Positions 29,183 through 40,373 of a DNA stretch of 64,000 bases are shown one piece after another. The notes under the pieces were generated by a model that saw only the letters and a list, made by a program, of their open reading frames with translations, was not told the origin of the DNA and searched no databases. The stretch covers positions 704,686 to 768,685 of the forward strand of contig CAXXFL010000002.1 of the NCBI GenBank assembly GCA_963674965.2, in the 5' to 3' direction. Position numbers and translations under genes: made by a program. How positions within the stretch are numbered: position 1 is the stretch's first letter; every line of letters starts with the position of its first letter. This DNA is from a bacterium. GTDB lineage: Bacteria > RBG-13-61-14 > DATKZS01.

Positions 29183-29887
29183 ATGAAAAGGAAAGAGCTT
29201 ATCTACACGGGCAAAGCAAAGGAAGTTTACTCGACGGACGACGCCGATAAGGTGATCATTTACTTCAAGGACGACGCGACCGCCGGCGACGGGCTCAAGC
29301 GGGGGACCATCCAGGGCAAGGGCGAGATCAATTGCAAGTTCACGACCATCATCTACAAGATGCTCGAGGCCAAGGGCGTTCCCACCCATATCATCGAGCA
29401 GACCTCTCCGGACGAGCTTCTTTGCAAGAAGCTCCGCATACTTCCCATCGAGGTCATCATCCGCAATTACGTGGCCGGCGGCCTGGCCAAGCGCATGGGC
29501 ATGGAGGAAGGCACGAAGCTCAAAAGGGTCGTTCTGGAGCAGGACTACAAATGCGACGAGCTTCACGACCCCATGGTCAACCTCTGGCACATTCTGGCCT
29601 TCGATTACGCCACTGAGGAGCAGTACGACCTGATGAACGAGATGGCCATGAAGGTCAACGATATCCTGGTCCCCTTCTTCGAGGAGAGGGGCATCATCCT
29701 GGTCGATTACAAGCTCGAGTTCGGCCTTACCGTGGACGGCGAGCTGGTCCTGGCCGACGAGTTCACCCCCGACGGCTCCCGCCTTTGGGACAAGGAGACC
29801 AAGAAGAAGCTGGACAAGGACCGCTTCCGCCGGGACATGGGCGGAATCGAGGAAGCCTATAACGAGGCCCTGTCCCGCATCCAGTGA
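29183..29887 (+). CDS. purC: SAICAR synthetase
   Basis: YTGKAKEVY, FKDDATA, EVIIRN, LVDYKLEFG, LADEFTPD, DKDRFR. Confidence 0.97.
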   Translation: MKRKELIYTGKAKEVYSTDDADKVIIYFKDDATAGDGLKRGTIQGKGEINCKFTTIIYKMLEAKGVPTHIIEQTSPDELLCKKLRILPIEVIIRNYVAGGLAKRMGMEEGTKLKRVVLEQDYKCDELHDPMVNLWHILAFDYATEEQYDLMNEMAMKVNDILVPFFEERGIILVDYKLEFGLTVDGELVLADEFTPDGSRLWDKETKKKLDKDRFRRDMGGIEEAYNEALSRIQ

Positions 29888-29923
29888 CCATGGCATGAGA
29901 AGGATTTCTACCGGAAAGACGCT

Positions 29924-30790
29924 TTGATACTCTTTGGCCCGGCGGGCATACCCAACTCGGTCAAGGGCAAGGGCTCGGAGGCGGGCGTGGCCGAGATATC
30001 CCGGCTCGGTCTCGACTGCATGGAGGTCGAGTTCGTACGCGGAGTCAAGATGAGCGACGAGGCCGCATCGAGGCTAGGCGAGGCCGCTAAAAAGGCGGGC
30101 GTCGTCCTCTCGGCCCACGCGCCCTATTACGTCAACCTCTGCTCCCTCGAGCCCGAGAAAACCAGGGCCGGCCTCGAGCGGATATATCAGACCGCTCGCA
30201 AGTGCCGGCTCTTCGGCGGCAAAAAGGCCGTCTTCCACGCGGCCTTTTACCAGGGACGGGACGAAAAGTTAATCCTCGATGAAGTGGCCGCAAGGCTTCT
30301 CGACCTGAGGAAAAAACTGGACCGCGAGGGAAACGAGGTCGTTCTCGCGCCCGAGCTTACGGGCAAGCCCAGCCAGTTCGGGTCGCTCCGGGAGTTGATC
30401 CGGCTGTCGGGCAAAGTCCCCGGCGTGGCGCCATGCGTGGACTTCGCCCATCTGGTGGCCAGGGCCTCGGGCGAGGGAAACGATTACGAGTCCTTTGCCG
30501 CGGCCATTAAGACCCTGAAAAAAGGGCTGGGAGCCGGGGCCATGAAGGACCTTCACATGCACGTCTCGGGCATCGAGTGGACCGGAAAAGGAGAACTGAG
30601 GCATCTCAAGCTGGAGGAGTCGAAGCTTGACTGGAGGTCCCTTGTCCTGGCGCTGATAGATGCAAAAGTTGGTGGTATAATGATATGTGAAAGTCCGGCC
30701 ATGGAGGAGGACGCGCTTTTGCTGAAAAATTTCTACAGTACGGTGGGGAGGTCGAGAAAAGCGAACGGGCCGGGGGACGCGAAAGCCTAA
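29924..30790 (+). CDS. nfo: Endonuclease IV / AP endonuclease family 2 (archaeal-like type)
   Basis: FGPAG, EVEFVRGV, SAHAPYYVNL, VFHAAFY, ELTGKPSQFG, DFAH, HMHVSGIE, ICESP. Confidence 0.85.
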   Translation: MILFGPAGIPNSVKGKGSEAGVAEISRLGLDCMEVEFVRGVKMSDEAASRLGEAAKKAGVVLSAHAPYYVNLCSLEPEKTRAGLERIYQTARKCRLFGGKKAVFHAAFYQGRDEKLILDEVAARLLDLRKKLDREGNEVVLAPELTGKPSQFGSLRELIRLSGKVPGVAPCVDFAHLVARASGEGNDYESFAAAIKTLKKGLGAGAMKDLHMHVSGIEWTGKGELRHLKLEESKLDWRSLVLALIDAKVGGIMICESPAMEEDALLLKNFYSTVGRSRKANGPGDAKA

Positions 30791-30857
30791 GAGTTTGACG
30801 AGGTTTATTATAGTGATCGAACGGAGCGGATTGAGTAACGACGGGGAGGGGAACTCA

Positions 30858-30984
30858 GCCTGCGGCTTGCGCCGCCCATGCAGGATGCATGGGCGACCCA
30901 GGCTTGCGGGATTTGCATAACCCCGAGCCGCCTCAACTCCGGGTCGCCCACGCATTTTGCGTGGGTGAGCGAAGCGAGCGGGCT
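30858..30984. repeat. Inverted pair of REP-like palindromes (REPIN-like)
   Basis: CGCCCATGCAGGATGCATGGGCGACCC (30873-30899) and GGGTCGCCCACGCATTTTGCGTGGGTG (30941-30967) are each hairpins and are inverted copies of each other. Confidence 0.75.
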
Positions 30985-31185
30985 TGTGGTCTTGGAATCG
31001 AGGGCGTTTGCCGACGTTTGTCAGCGGCTTCCCGACGGCGCGGGACGATGGCGGCTTACTTGACGGATTGTTTGCCAAATCGCTTCATTACCGTTTATAT
31101 GACGCGACGACCCTGAAAAAAAGCGTCGGAGCGCTGGGAATATAATCTTTTTAGGCCGCCCCCTTGGGCAAGGAGAGATGATTTA

Positions 31186-32382
31186 ATGGACGCCGCAAAG
31201 ATCAAGGCGATTTCCGTTCTGGGGTATAACTTCTGGATTCACGTTTTCAAGTCGCTCATACCCAAGGACAAGGAGGACCAGGCGGAGCTTTTTCGCGAGT
31301 ATTTCAAGGAGGACAGGATAGCTCCCTTCACTCTAGCCGAACACGAGGAGTTGAAGGCGTTTTCCTCCTGCGTGTCTTGCGGCCTTTGTCCGGCCCATTG
31401 CCGCGTGATGAGTTTATCGGACGGGGCTTTCCCCGGTCCCATGCGCATGGCCCTTTCCACGAGCCGTTCTCACCCTGACTTCATCTATGACCTGGACGCC
31501 CTTTGCCTTTGCGCTGTCTGCGGCCAGTGCGAGCCCGTTTGTCCCGAGGCGGTCCCCGTCTCCCGGATAGCCTCTTCCATGCGGCGCATGGCCTGGAGGG
31601 TCTCGCCCGAGAGCATGCCCGCCGCCTATCTCGAGGCCCGCGATAACCTCGAGGCCCACGGCAACCCCTACGGGCGCGAGGACGGGCCCGCCCTGCCCCG
31701 CCGCGACGAGGCGGACGCCGTACTTATCCTTGGTCCTCGCCTCCGGCTCCTGCCCGACAAGGTCTCGACCATCGAGCTTTGCCTGGCCAAGCTCGGCGCC
31801 CAAGTCACTGGCTTCGAGGAGGGAAACGCGGGAGGCATAGTCGATGCCCTGGGTCTCGAGGCCGACCGGGAATGGATCGGCCGCCTGGCCGAGTCCGGGC
31901 AAGAAAGGATAATCGTCGCCGACCCCGAGACCTGGGCCGCCCTTAAAAATGACCCCTCCCTGTCCCAAAAGAAAATAACGTTCCTGCTCGAGGAGATACT
32001 GGAGAGGTGGCCCGAGGACCTCCATCTGGTGGATACCCTCGAGATGCCGGCCGCGGTTCACGAGCCCTCCGTCCTGGCCCGGGGAGCGTTCCCGCCCGAG
32101 GCCATCCAAAGGCTATTCGCCAAGTCCCGCCTCGAGCCCGCGAATATGTCTCCTTGCGGCACCTTTTCCCCGCCCGCGGGATGGGAAGGAGGTCTCGAGT
32201 TGGTCGCGCCCGAGCTTTCGATTAAGGTCGCTCGGGAAAGACTTTTCGACGCAAAGGAAGCGGGCGCCAAGACCATCATCGCCCTTTGCCCGTCGGACGC
32301 CGCCGTTCTCGATAAGGCCTGGAGGGAAGGTCTTCCCGAGGCCGTCTATTTTATGGATGCAATTTACAGCGCTTTGTGCTAA
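31186..32382 (+). CDS. Fe-S protein of the HdrD/GlpC family with degenerate CCG domains
   Basis: CVSCGLCPAHC, CAVCGQCEPVCP, GNPYG; C-terminal region aligns with CCG domains but lacks most Cys. Confidence 0.75.
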   Translation: MDAAKIKAISVLGYNFWIHVFKSLIPKDKEDQAELFREYFKEDRIAPFTLAEHEELKAFSSCVSCGLCPAHCRVMSLSDGAFPGPMRMALSTSRSHPDFIYDLDALCLCAVCGQCEPVCPEAVPVSRIASSMRRMAWRVSPESMPAAYLEARDNLEAHGNPYGREDGPALPRRDEADAVLILGPRLRLLPDKVSTIELCLAKLGAQVTGFEEGNAGGIVDALGLEADREWIGRLAESGQERIIVADPETWAALKNDPSLSQKKITFLLEEILERWPEDLHLVDTLEMPAAVHEPSVLARGAFPPEAIQRLFAKSRLEPANMSPCGTFSPPAGWEGGLELVAPELSIKVARERLFDAKEAGAKTIIALCPSDAAVLDKAWREGLPEAVYFMDAIYSALC

Positions 32383-32443
32383 ATAGTGTATAAACCGTTA
32401 AGGGCCATTGGACCAAAGAAAAAATATTTAAAGGAGGAAATCG

Positions 32444-32761
32444 ATGAAGAAACCTTGGAAAACCATCGCGGCGCTTATGGCCGTCGGTATTATCTTATCG
32501 ACGGGCGTGGCGCTGGGGCAGAGCGAGGCCGGCTATTGGGACAAGTTCAAGATGCTTTTCGTTGACTGGGACGACAACGCGGCCCCCGGCACGCCAAAGT
32601 CCGAGGTGGCGGGAGTAAGGGGCGTTGGCGTCATGGACGCCCTGGGCGACAAGACCTACGACTGGAGCGCCATCCAGTACATGGAGGACTTCTCCGTCAG
32701 CATGGACGCGGAGAAGCAGTTCCTCAAAGAGGGCAAGCTTGGCCCTTACCAGGGAAAGTAG
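32444..32761 (+). CDS. Small secreted protein
   Basis: AAGGAGG RBS; signal peptide; VAGVRG...FLKEGKL. Confidence 0.8.
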   Translation: MKKPWKTIAALMAVGIILSTGVALGQSEAGYWDKFKMLFVDWDDNAAPGTPKSEVAGVRGVGVMDALGDKTYDWSAIQYMEDFSVSMDAEKQFLKEGKLGPYQGK

Positions 32762-32771
32762 GAGGATCGCC

Positions 32772-33692
32772 ATGAAGAAAACATTCATATCGATCGGATT
32801 GGCGATGGTCATCGGACTGGCCCTTCTCCTGGGCGTTCCCCTTGCCCAGAAGAGCAGCGCCCAGCTTCCGGGCGGCCTCAACGTGAAGGACCTCAAGAAG
32901 CTGAAAAAGGGCGTGGATACCGTTAAGGCCCTGAACGACGCCTCCAAGCCCTGGACCTACCCGGAGGAGCGGGCCACCGGCCGCGTCGTGGCCGCCCAGG
33001 TTGCCGAGCAGTTCGGCGGAATCTGGCAGGGTACTCCCTCCGCCCAGGCCTGGAACGACTACGTGAACAAGGTGGGAAGGGCCCTGGTTCCCTACTCGAA
33101 CCGCCCTGACATCAAGTACCGTTTCGCGGTCCTCAACAGCGACGTTATGAACGCCTTCTCCTGCCCCGGCGGTTACACCTTCGTGACCAAGGGGTTCCTC
33201 AAGGCGGCGAGCAACGAGGCCGAGCTGGCCGGCGTGCTGGCTCACGAGATAGGCCACGTCAGCCAGCGGCACGTGGAGAACACCATTCGCACCCAGCAGG
33301 TGGCCGGTACACTCATGAACGCGGGCCTCGACTTCGCGGCCCTTGACGGCCAACTCAACGCCCAGCAGGTCAACGCCATCAAGCAGACGAGCAAGGGCGC
33401 CTGGGACGTGCTCATCTCGAAGGGCATGTCGCAAAAGGACGAGTTCGAGGCTGACGCGGTTGGCGCCAAGAACATGCAGCGCCTCGGCTACGACCCGAAC
33501 GCCCTGGGCAACTTCCTGGGCACTCTCAAGGACCAAAAGGCCAAAGGCGACTGGTCCAGCCTTCTCAAGACCCATCCCCCGGCGAGCAAGCGCCAGGAAA
33601 AGATCAACGAGCTTATCCAGCAGAGCGGCTGGTCCGGCGGCCAGACCCACGAGGACCGCTTCAACGCCATGAAGCAAAAGAACCCGCTCTGA
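32772..33692 (+). CDS. Secreted M48 family zinc metalloprotease
   Basis: GGAGG RBS; signal peptide; NAFSCPGG, ELAGVLAHEIGH, EFEAD, THP. Confidence 0.92.
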   Translation: MKKTFISIGLAMVIGLALLLGVPLAQKSSAQLPGGLNVKDLKKLKKGVDTVKALNDASKPWTYPEERATGRVVAAQVAEQFGGIWQGTPSAQAWNDYVNKVGRALVPYSNRPDIKYRFAVLNSDVMNAFSCPGGYTFVTKGFLKAASNEAELAGVLAHEIGHVSQRHVENTIRTQQVAGTLMNAGLDFAALDGQLNAQQVNAIKQTSKGAWDVLISKGMSQKDEFEADAVGAKNMQRLGYDPNALGNFLGTLKDQKAKGDWSSLLKTHPPASKRQEKINELIQQSGWSGGQTHEDRFNAMKQKNPL

Positions 33693-33711
33693 CAAGCGGG
33701 ACACAAAAACC

Positions 33712-33745
33712 AAAAGCGCGGCCTCCTGGAGGGGCCGCGCTTTTT
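33712..33745. terminator. Bidirectional intrinsic terminator
   Basis: AAAAGCGCGGCCTC-ctgga-GGGGCCGCGCTTTTT between the convergent M48 gene and atpC. Confidence 0.85.
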
Positions 33746-33761
33746 ATTATTGGAGATTGGT

Positions 33762-34184
33762 TCAGTCTTTGAAGTTCTTGGAGACCTGGAGCCTGACAAG
33801 GGCCCGGGCCAGGGCGGCCTCGGCCCTGACGATGTCGGTCTCCTGGGTGGAGGGGTCGTAGTCGGATATCCTTCTCTCGGCCCTCTCTTTTGCGGCCTCG
33901 GCCCGCTCGGCGTCGATCTTCTCGGCGAACTCGGCCGCGTCGGCCATGATCTTGATGCCCTCCTCGAGGGTTATCTCGACGAAGCCTCCGGCCACGGCCA
34001 TGGTCCTCTCGTCGCCGCCCTCCTCGTAGGTAAGAGGACCGGGCTCGAGGGCGCCCACGAAATTGGCGTGTCCGGGTAAAACTCCGAACTGGCCAAGGAT
34101 GCCCTGGGCCACTATCTCGCTCACCTCGGCGTGAACCAGACGGGCCTCCGGGGTTACTACGTCCAACGTAATGGTGTCGGCCAT
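33762..34184 (-). CDS. atpC: ATP synthase F1 epsilon
   Basis: LDVVTPE, GQFGVLPGH, GGFVEI, ALARALVRL. Confidence 0.95.
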   Translation of the reverse strand: MADTITLDVVTPEARLVHAEVSEIVAQGILGQFGVLPGHANFVGALEPGPLTYEEGGDERTMAVAGGFVEITLEEGIKIMADAAEFAEKIDAERAEAAKERAERRISDYDPSTQETDIVRAEAALARALVRLQVSKNFKD

Positions 34185-34205
34185 AACTTTCAGCCTCTCC
34201 TTGAA

Positions 34206-35666
<1,461 letters not shown>

Positions 35667-35686
35667 TCAGGACGGTTAAGTCCTAT

Positions 35687-36550
35687 TTATCCCTTCAGGG
35701 CCTCGGCGCCGCTGATGATTTCCATAAGCTCCGTGGTGATGATGGCCTGGCGCGCCCGGTTGAACTTGAGCGTCAGCCTGTCGATCATGTCCGAGGCGTT
35801 CGAACTGGCCGAGTCCATGGCCGTCATCCTGGCGCCGTGCTCGCTGGCCACAGCCTCGACCATGGCGCTGTAGACCTGGGTCCTTACCTGCCTAGACAAG
35901 AGAACCTTGAGTATTTCGGCCGCCGACGGCTCGTAGATATAATCGACTCCCGAGGCATCTTCCGCTTCATCGAACTCGAAGGGAAGAAGCTGCTTTACGG
36001 TGGGAGTCTGCGTAAGCGCCGATTTAAAAATAGGATACACGAGATATACCGCGTCGACCTCGCCTTTTATATAGCGCTCGGTCAACTCGTCGGCCACGGT
36101 TGTGGCCATGGGGTATCCCACTTCCTTGATGAGGTTAGTCGTGCGCTTTCTGACGGGAATCTTTCTGTTCTTGAAGTAATCGCCCGCCTTGCGCCCGATG
36201 ACGGATATATCGATACACTCGTATTTGTCCGAATTCTCTTTCAAAAATGACTCGGCTTTGCGGATAAGGTTGGCGTTGAAGCCGCCGCAAAGGCCGCGGT
36301 CCGAGGTAAAGACCACTATCTCCGCCTTGGTTATCTCCCTCTTGGCCAGGAGCGGATGGGAAGGGTTTTCCACCCTGGACACTATGTTCGAGATAAGTCC
36401 GGCCAGAGACTCGGCGTAGGGACGGGCGCTTTCAGCCGCGTCCTGAGCCTTGCGAAGACGCGCCGCCGAGATCATGTACATGGCGCGCGTGATCTGCTCG
36501 GTGTTCTTAACGCTCCGGATTCGTTTCTGAATTTCTTTTAATTGTGCCAT
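35687..36550 (-). CDS. atpG: ATP synthase F1 gamma
   Basis: QITRAM, DRGLCGGFN, RQAIITTELMEIISGA. Confidence 0.98.
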   Translation of the reverse strand: MAQLKEIQKRIRSVKNTEQITRAMYMISAARLRKAQDAAESARPYAESLAGLISNIVSRVENPSHPLLAKREITKAEIVVFTSDRGLCGGFNANLIRKAESFLKENSDKYECIDISVIGRKAGDYFKNRKIPVRKRTTNLIKEVGYPMATTVADELTERYIKGEVDAVYLVYPIFKSALTQTPTVKQLLPFEFDEAEDASGVDYIYEPSAAEILKVLLSRQVRTQVYSAMVEAVASEHGARMTAMDSASSNASDMIDRLTLKFNRARQAIITTELMEIISGAEALKG

Positions 36551-36625
36551 ATTATCGCCCTTGACTTGGTTTGTTTACCAGGTGGAGCCAGGATGCCTCG
36601 CGGCGTCCGTTGGCTCCCCGGGTCA

Positions 36626-38233
<1,608 letters not shown>

Positions 38234-38257
38234 CTAAAAGAAAAAAGCGGCTGGATG

Positions 38258-38809
38258 TCAGTCCGCCGCCTTTGATTTCAGTCTTTCCTCCACGGCCTTG
38301 AGCTGGGCGCGCACGGAGCCGTCGAAAAGCTTGCCCGCTACCCGGGTGACCATGCCGCCGATCAGGTCCTCGTCCACGTCGACCTTCATGACCACTTCCT
38401 TGCCCGTGAGCTTGCCCAGGGTCTCCTTGATCCTGGCCTCGGCCTTGTCCGAGAGGGGAGTGGCGCTTGTCACCTCGGCCCTGACCCGGCCCTGAACTTC
38501 GTCGGTCAGTTCCTGATAGGCCATCGAGATGTCGGACAGGTAAGCGATCCTGCCCTTGAAGTTAAGGAACTTCACGAAGCGGGTGGTCATTTCGTGGCAA
38601 TCCATGGCCTTGCAGATTGCGACCAGGATGCCCTCCCTGGTTTTCGGCTTGACGATGGGGGCCCGGATGACCGTCCGGAGGTCGGCGCTCGAGTCGGCCA
38701 GACCCGAAAGTTCGGCCAGTTCCTTTCCCAGCCGCTCGTAGATGCCCTGATCCTGTCCCAGCGCCATGAGGGCGCGGGCGTACCTTTTCGCCAGTCTTCC
38801 ACTGATCAC
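38258..38809 (-). CDS. atpH: ATP synthase delta
   Basis: LAKRYARAL, AEVTSA, LIGGM...DGSVR. Confidence 0.95.
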   Translation of the reverse strand: MISGRLAKRYARALMALGQDQGIYERLGKELAELSGLADSSADLRTVIRAPIVKPKTREGILVAICKAMDCHEMTTRFVKFLNFKGRIAYLSDISMAYQELTDEVQGRVRAEVTSATPLSDKAEARIKETLGKLTGKEVVMKVDVDEDLIGGMVTRVAGKLFDGSVRAQLKAVEERLKSKAAD

Positions 38810-39591
38810 GACTCACGCTCCATTACTTTCTCGAGGTACTCGTCCAGAAGGCGATCGCGGTCGTCGTCGCCGATCGCCGACTTGATCACTTCCTCGGCCA
38901 CCTGGACCGCCAGCCGAGCCGCCTCCTCGCGGAGCCTGTACTCGGCCATGATCACTTCCTGCCTGGCCGTAAAGTCGGCCTCGTTGGCGATGCGCTCGGT
39001 CAGCTTTTTCGCGTTCTCCATTATTTTCTCGCGCTCGGACTCGGCGTCCTTTCGAACCGAGGCCTTGAGGTCCTCGATCTCCCGGTCCATGGAGGCGAGT
39101 TTTCTCTCGTATTCGTCGCGCTTTCGATCGGCGGCCGCCTTGGCCTCGGCGGCCTCCTTGATGGCCTTTTCCATCTCCGCGCGCTTATCCTTCATGCCCT
39201 GGCTCATGGGCCCGCCGGCGAAATGCACCAGCAGGGTCACGAGTATGAGGAAGTTGGGAACGCTCCAGGCCGTGGCCATGGTCATCTTGCCGTCGGTACC
39301 CACGATGCCGTGGAAAGCCGCGGCCAGGTTTTTATGGGTCCCCGTTCCCTGGACCGCCACCAGGTGGCAGTAGTCGTGATGGCCCTCCTCGCCGTGGGCG
39401 GCGTGGGCATCTTCACCATGTTCCCCGGGAGTCGCGTGGGAAAGCTCCTTCGCCCATTCCTCGCAGGAGCGCTGCATGGCCGGGGCCGCGGCCCTGACGC
39501 CGAAGGTCAGCGCCACGCCCAGCGCCAGCCACACCAGGATCAGAATAAAAGCCTTGCTTTTAAAGAAGCTCTTTTTTTCCTCGTCCGCCAT
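38806..39591 (-). CDS. atpF: ATP synthase F0 b subunit with an N-terminal TM and His-rich extension
   Basis: NFLILVTLL TM followed by a charged coiled coil; position in the operon. Confidence 0.88.
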   Translation of the reverse strand: MADEEKKSFFKSKAFILILVWLALGVALTFGVRAAAPAMQRSCEEWAKELSHATPGEHGEDAHAAHGEEGHHDYCHLVAVQGTGTHKNLAAAFHGIVGTDGKMTMATAWSVPNFLILVTLLVHFAGGPMSQGMKDKRAEMEKAIKEAAEAKAAADRKRDEYERKLASMDREIEDLKASVRKDAESEREKIMENAKKLTERIANEADFTARQEVIMAEYRLREEAARLAVQVAEEVIKSAIGDDDRDRLLDEYLEKVMERES

Positions 39592-39639
39592 TTACTTTAT
39601 CCCCTTCTTCTTATAAAGGCCTTTGTCGGACCGGACCGA

Positions 39640-40068
39640 TCAGACGGCCCGTCCGAGTATCTTCTGGGCCACTTCCTTGCCCATTTCCCTGGACTGGGCC
39701 TGAAGAAGACCCTCCGCTTCCTTGTACTCGACGGAAATCTTCTCGCGAAGATCGGCGATCATGTCGCCGGCCTTCTCCCGGGCGGCCTTGATCATCTTGT
39801 CCTCTTCCGCCTCGGCGGCCGAGCGCACTTTGTCGCGCTCCTTGTTGGCCTCCTTCTTGGCGTCGGCTATCTTCGCCTCGTACTCGGAGATGATCTCCTC
39901 GGCCCTGCACTCGCTTTCCTCGGCCAGTTTCTTGTTGCCGCCGATCTTCTTTTCCCGCTCTTCCATGATCTTCAGCATGGGCTTGAAAAGCATGGAGTTC
40001 AGGAAGATAACCATGACCAGGAAAAGGCCCATGTGCGCCAGAATGGTTAAGGGCTCGAAATTGATCAT
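39640..40068 (-). CDS. ATP synthase F0 b' subunit
   Basis: FLVMVIFLNSMLFKPMLKIMEERE, then coiled coil. Confidence 0.9.
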   Translation of the reverse strand: MINFEPLTILAHMGLFLVMVIFLNSMLFKPMLKIMEEREKKIGGNKKLAEESECRAEEIISEYEAKIADAKKEANKERDKVRSAAEAEEDKMIKAAREKAGDMIADLREKISVEYKEAEGLLQAQSREMGKEVAQKILGRAV

Positions 40069-40206
40069 ACCGCTTTTACCCCCTCGTTATAACGGCCAGT
40101 CCGCAGCCTCGTGGGCGTCGGTCTTGCCGTTATGATCTTATAATAATCCGCAAAAATAAATACTCGGTCGGTCGTGATGAACTTCTCGAACTTCAGAATT
40201 CCGGAC

Positions 40207-40235
40207 ATTTTACATTATTCCCCGGATTAATGCAA
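40207..40235 (-). promoter_or_regulatory. Putative sigma70 promoter of the atp operon
   Basis: TTGCAT-17 nt-TAAAAT on the minus strand. Confidence 0.55.
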
Positions 40236-40373
40236 ATTCTTTTTTAATCTTGGGCAAACGCCGCGTTAATAAATATCCTATTGGCGCCCGCCTCCACGAC
40301 CCTTCCGATTGTCTTTTCGCGGGAAGGGAGGAAAGTCCCCCCTCCCGACTTGCCAGGCGATCTTAATTCACCC

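Noticed and set aside
28202..29896. 564-aa antisense ORF (similar long ORFs at 36542-38155, 42197-43696, 46358-48004 and 11137-12402)
   Set aside because: Shadow frames of well-supported genes, expected with high GC3 codon bias; no recognisable motifs
30791..31185. Considered as 6S RNA, SRP RNA or tRNA
   Set aside because: No recognisable consensus; the structure is better explained by paired REP-like palindromes
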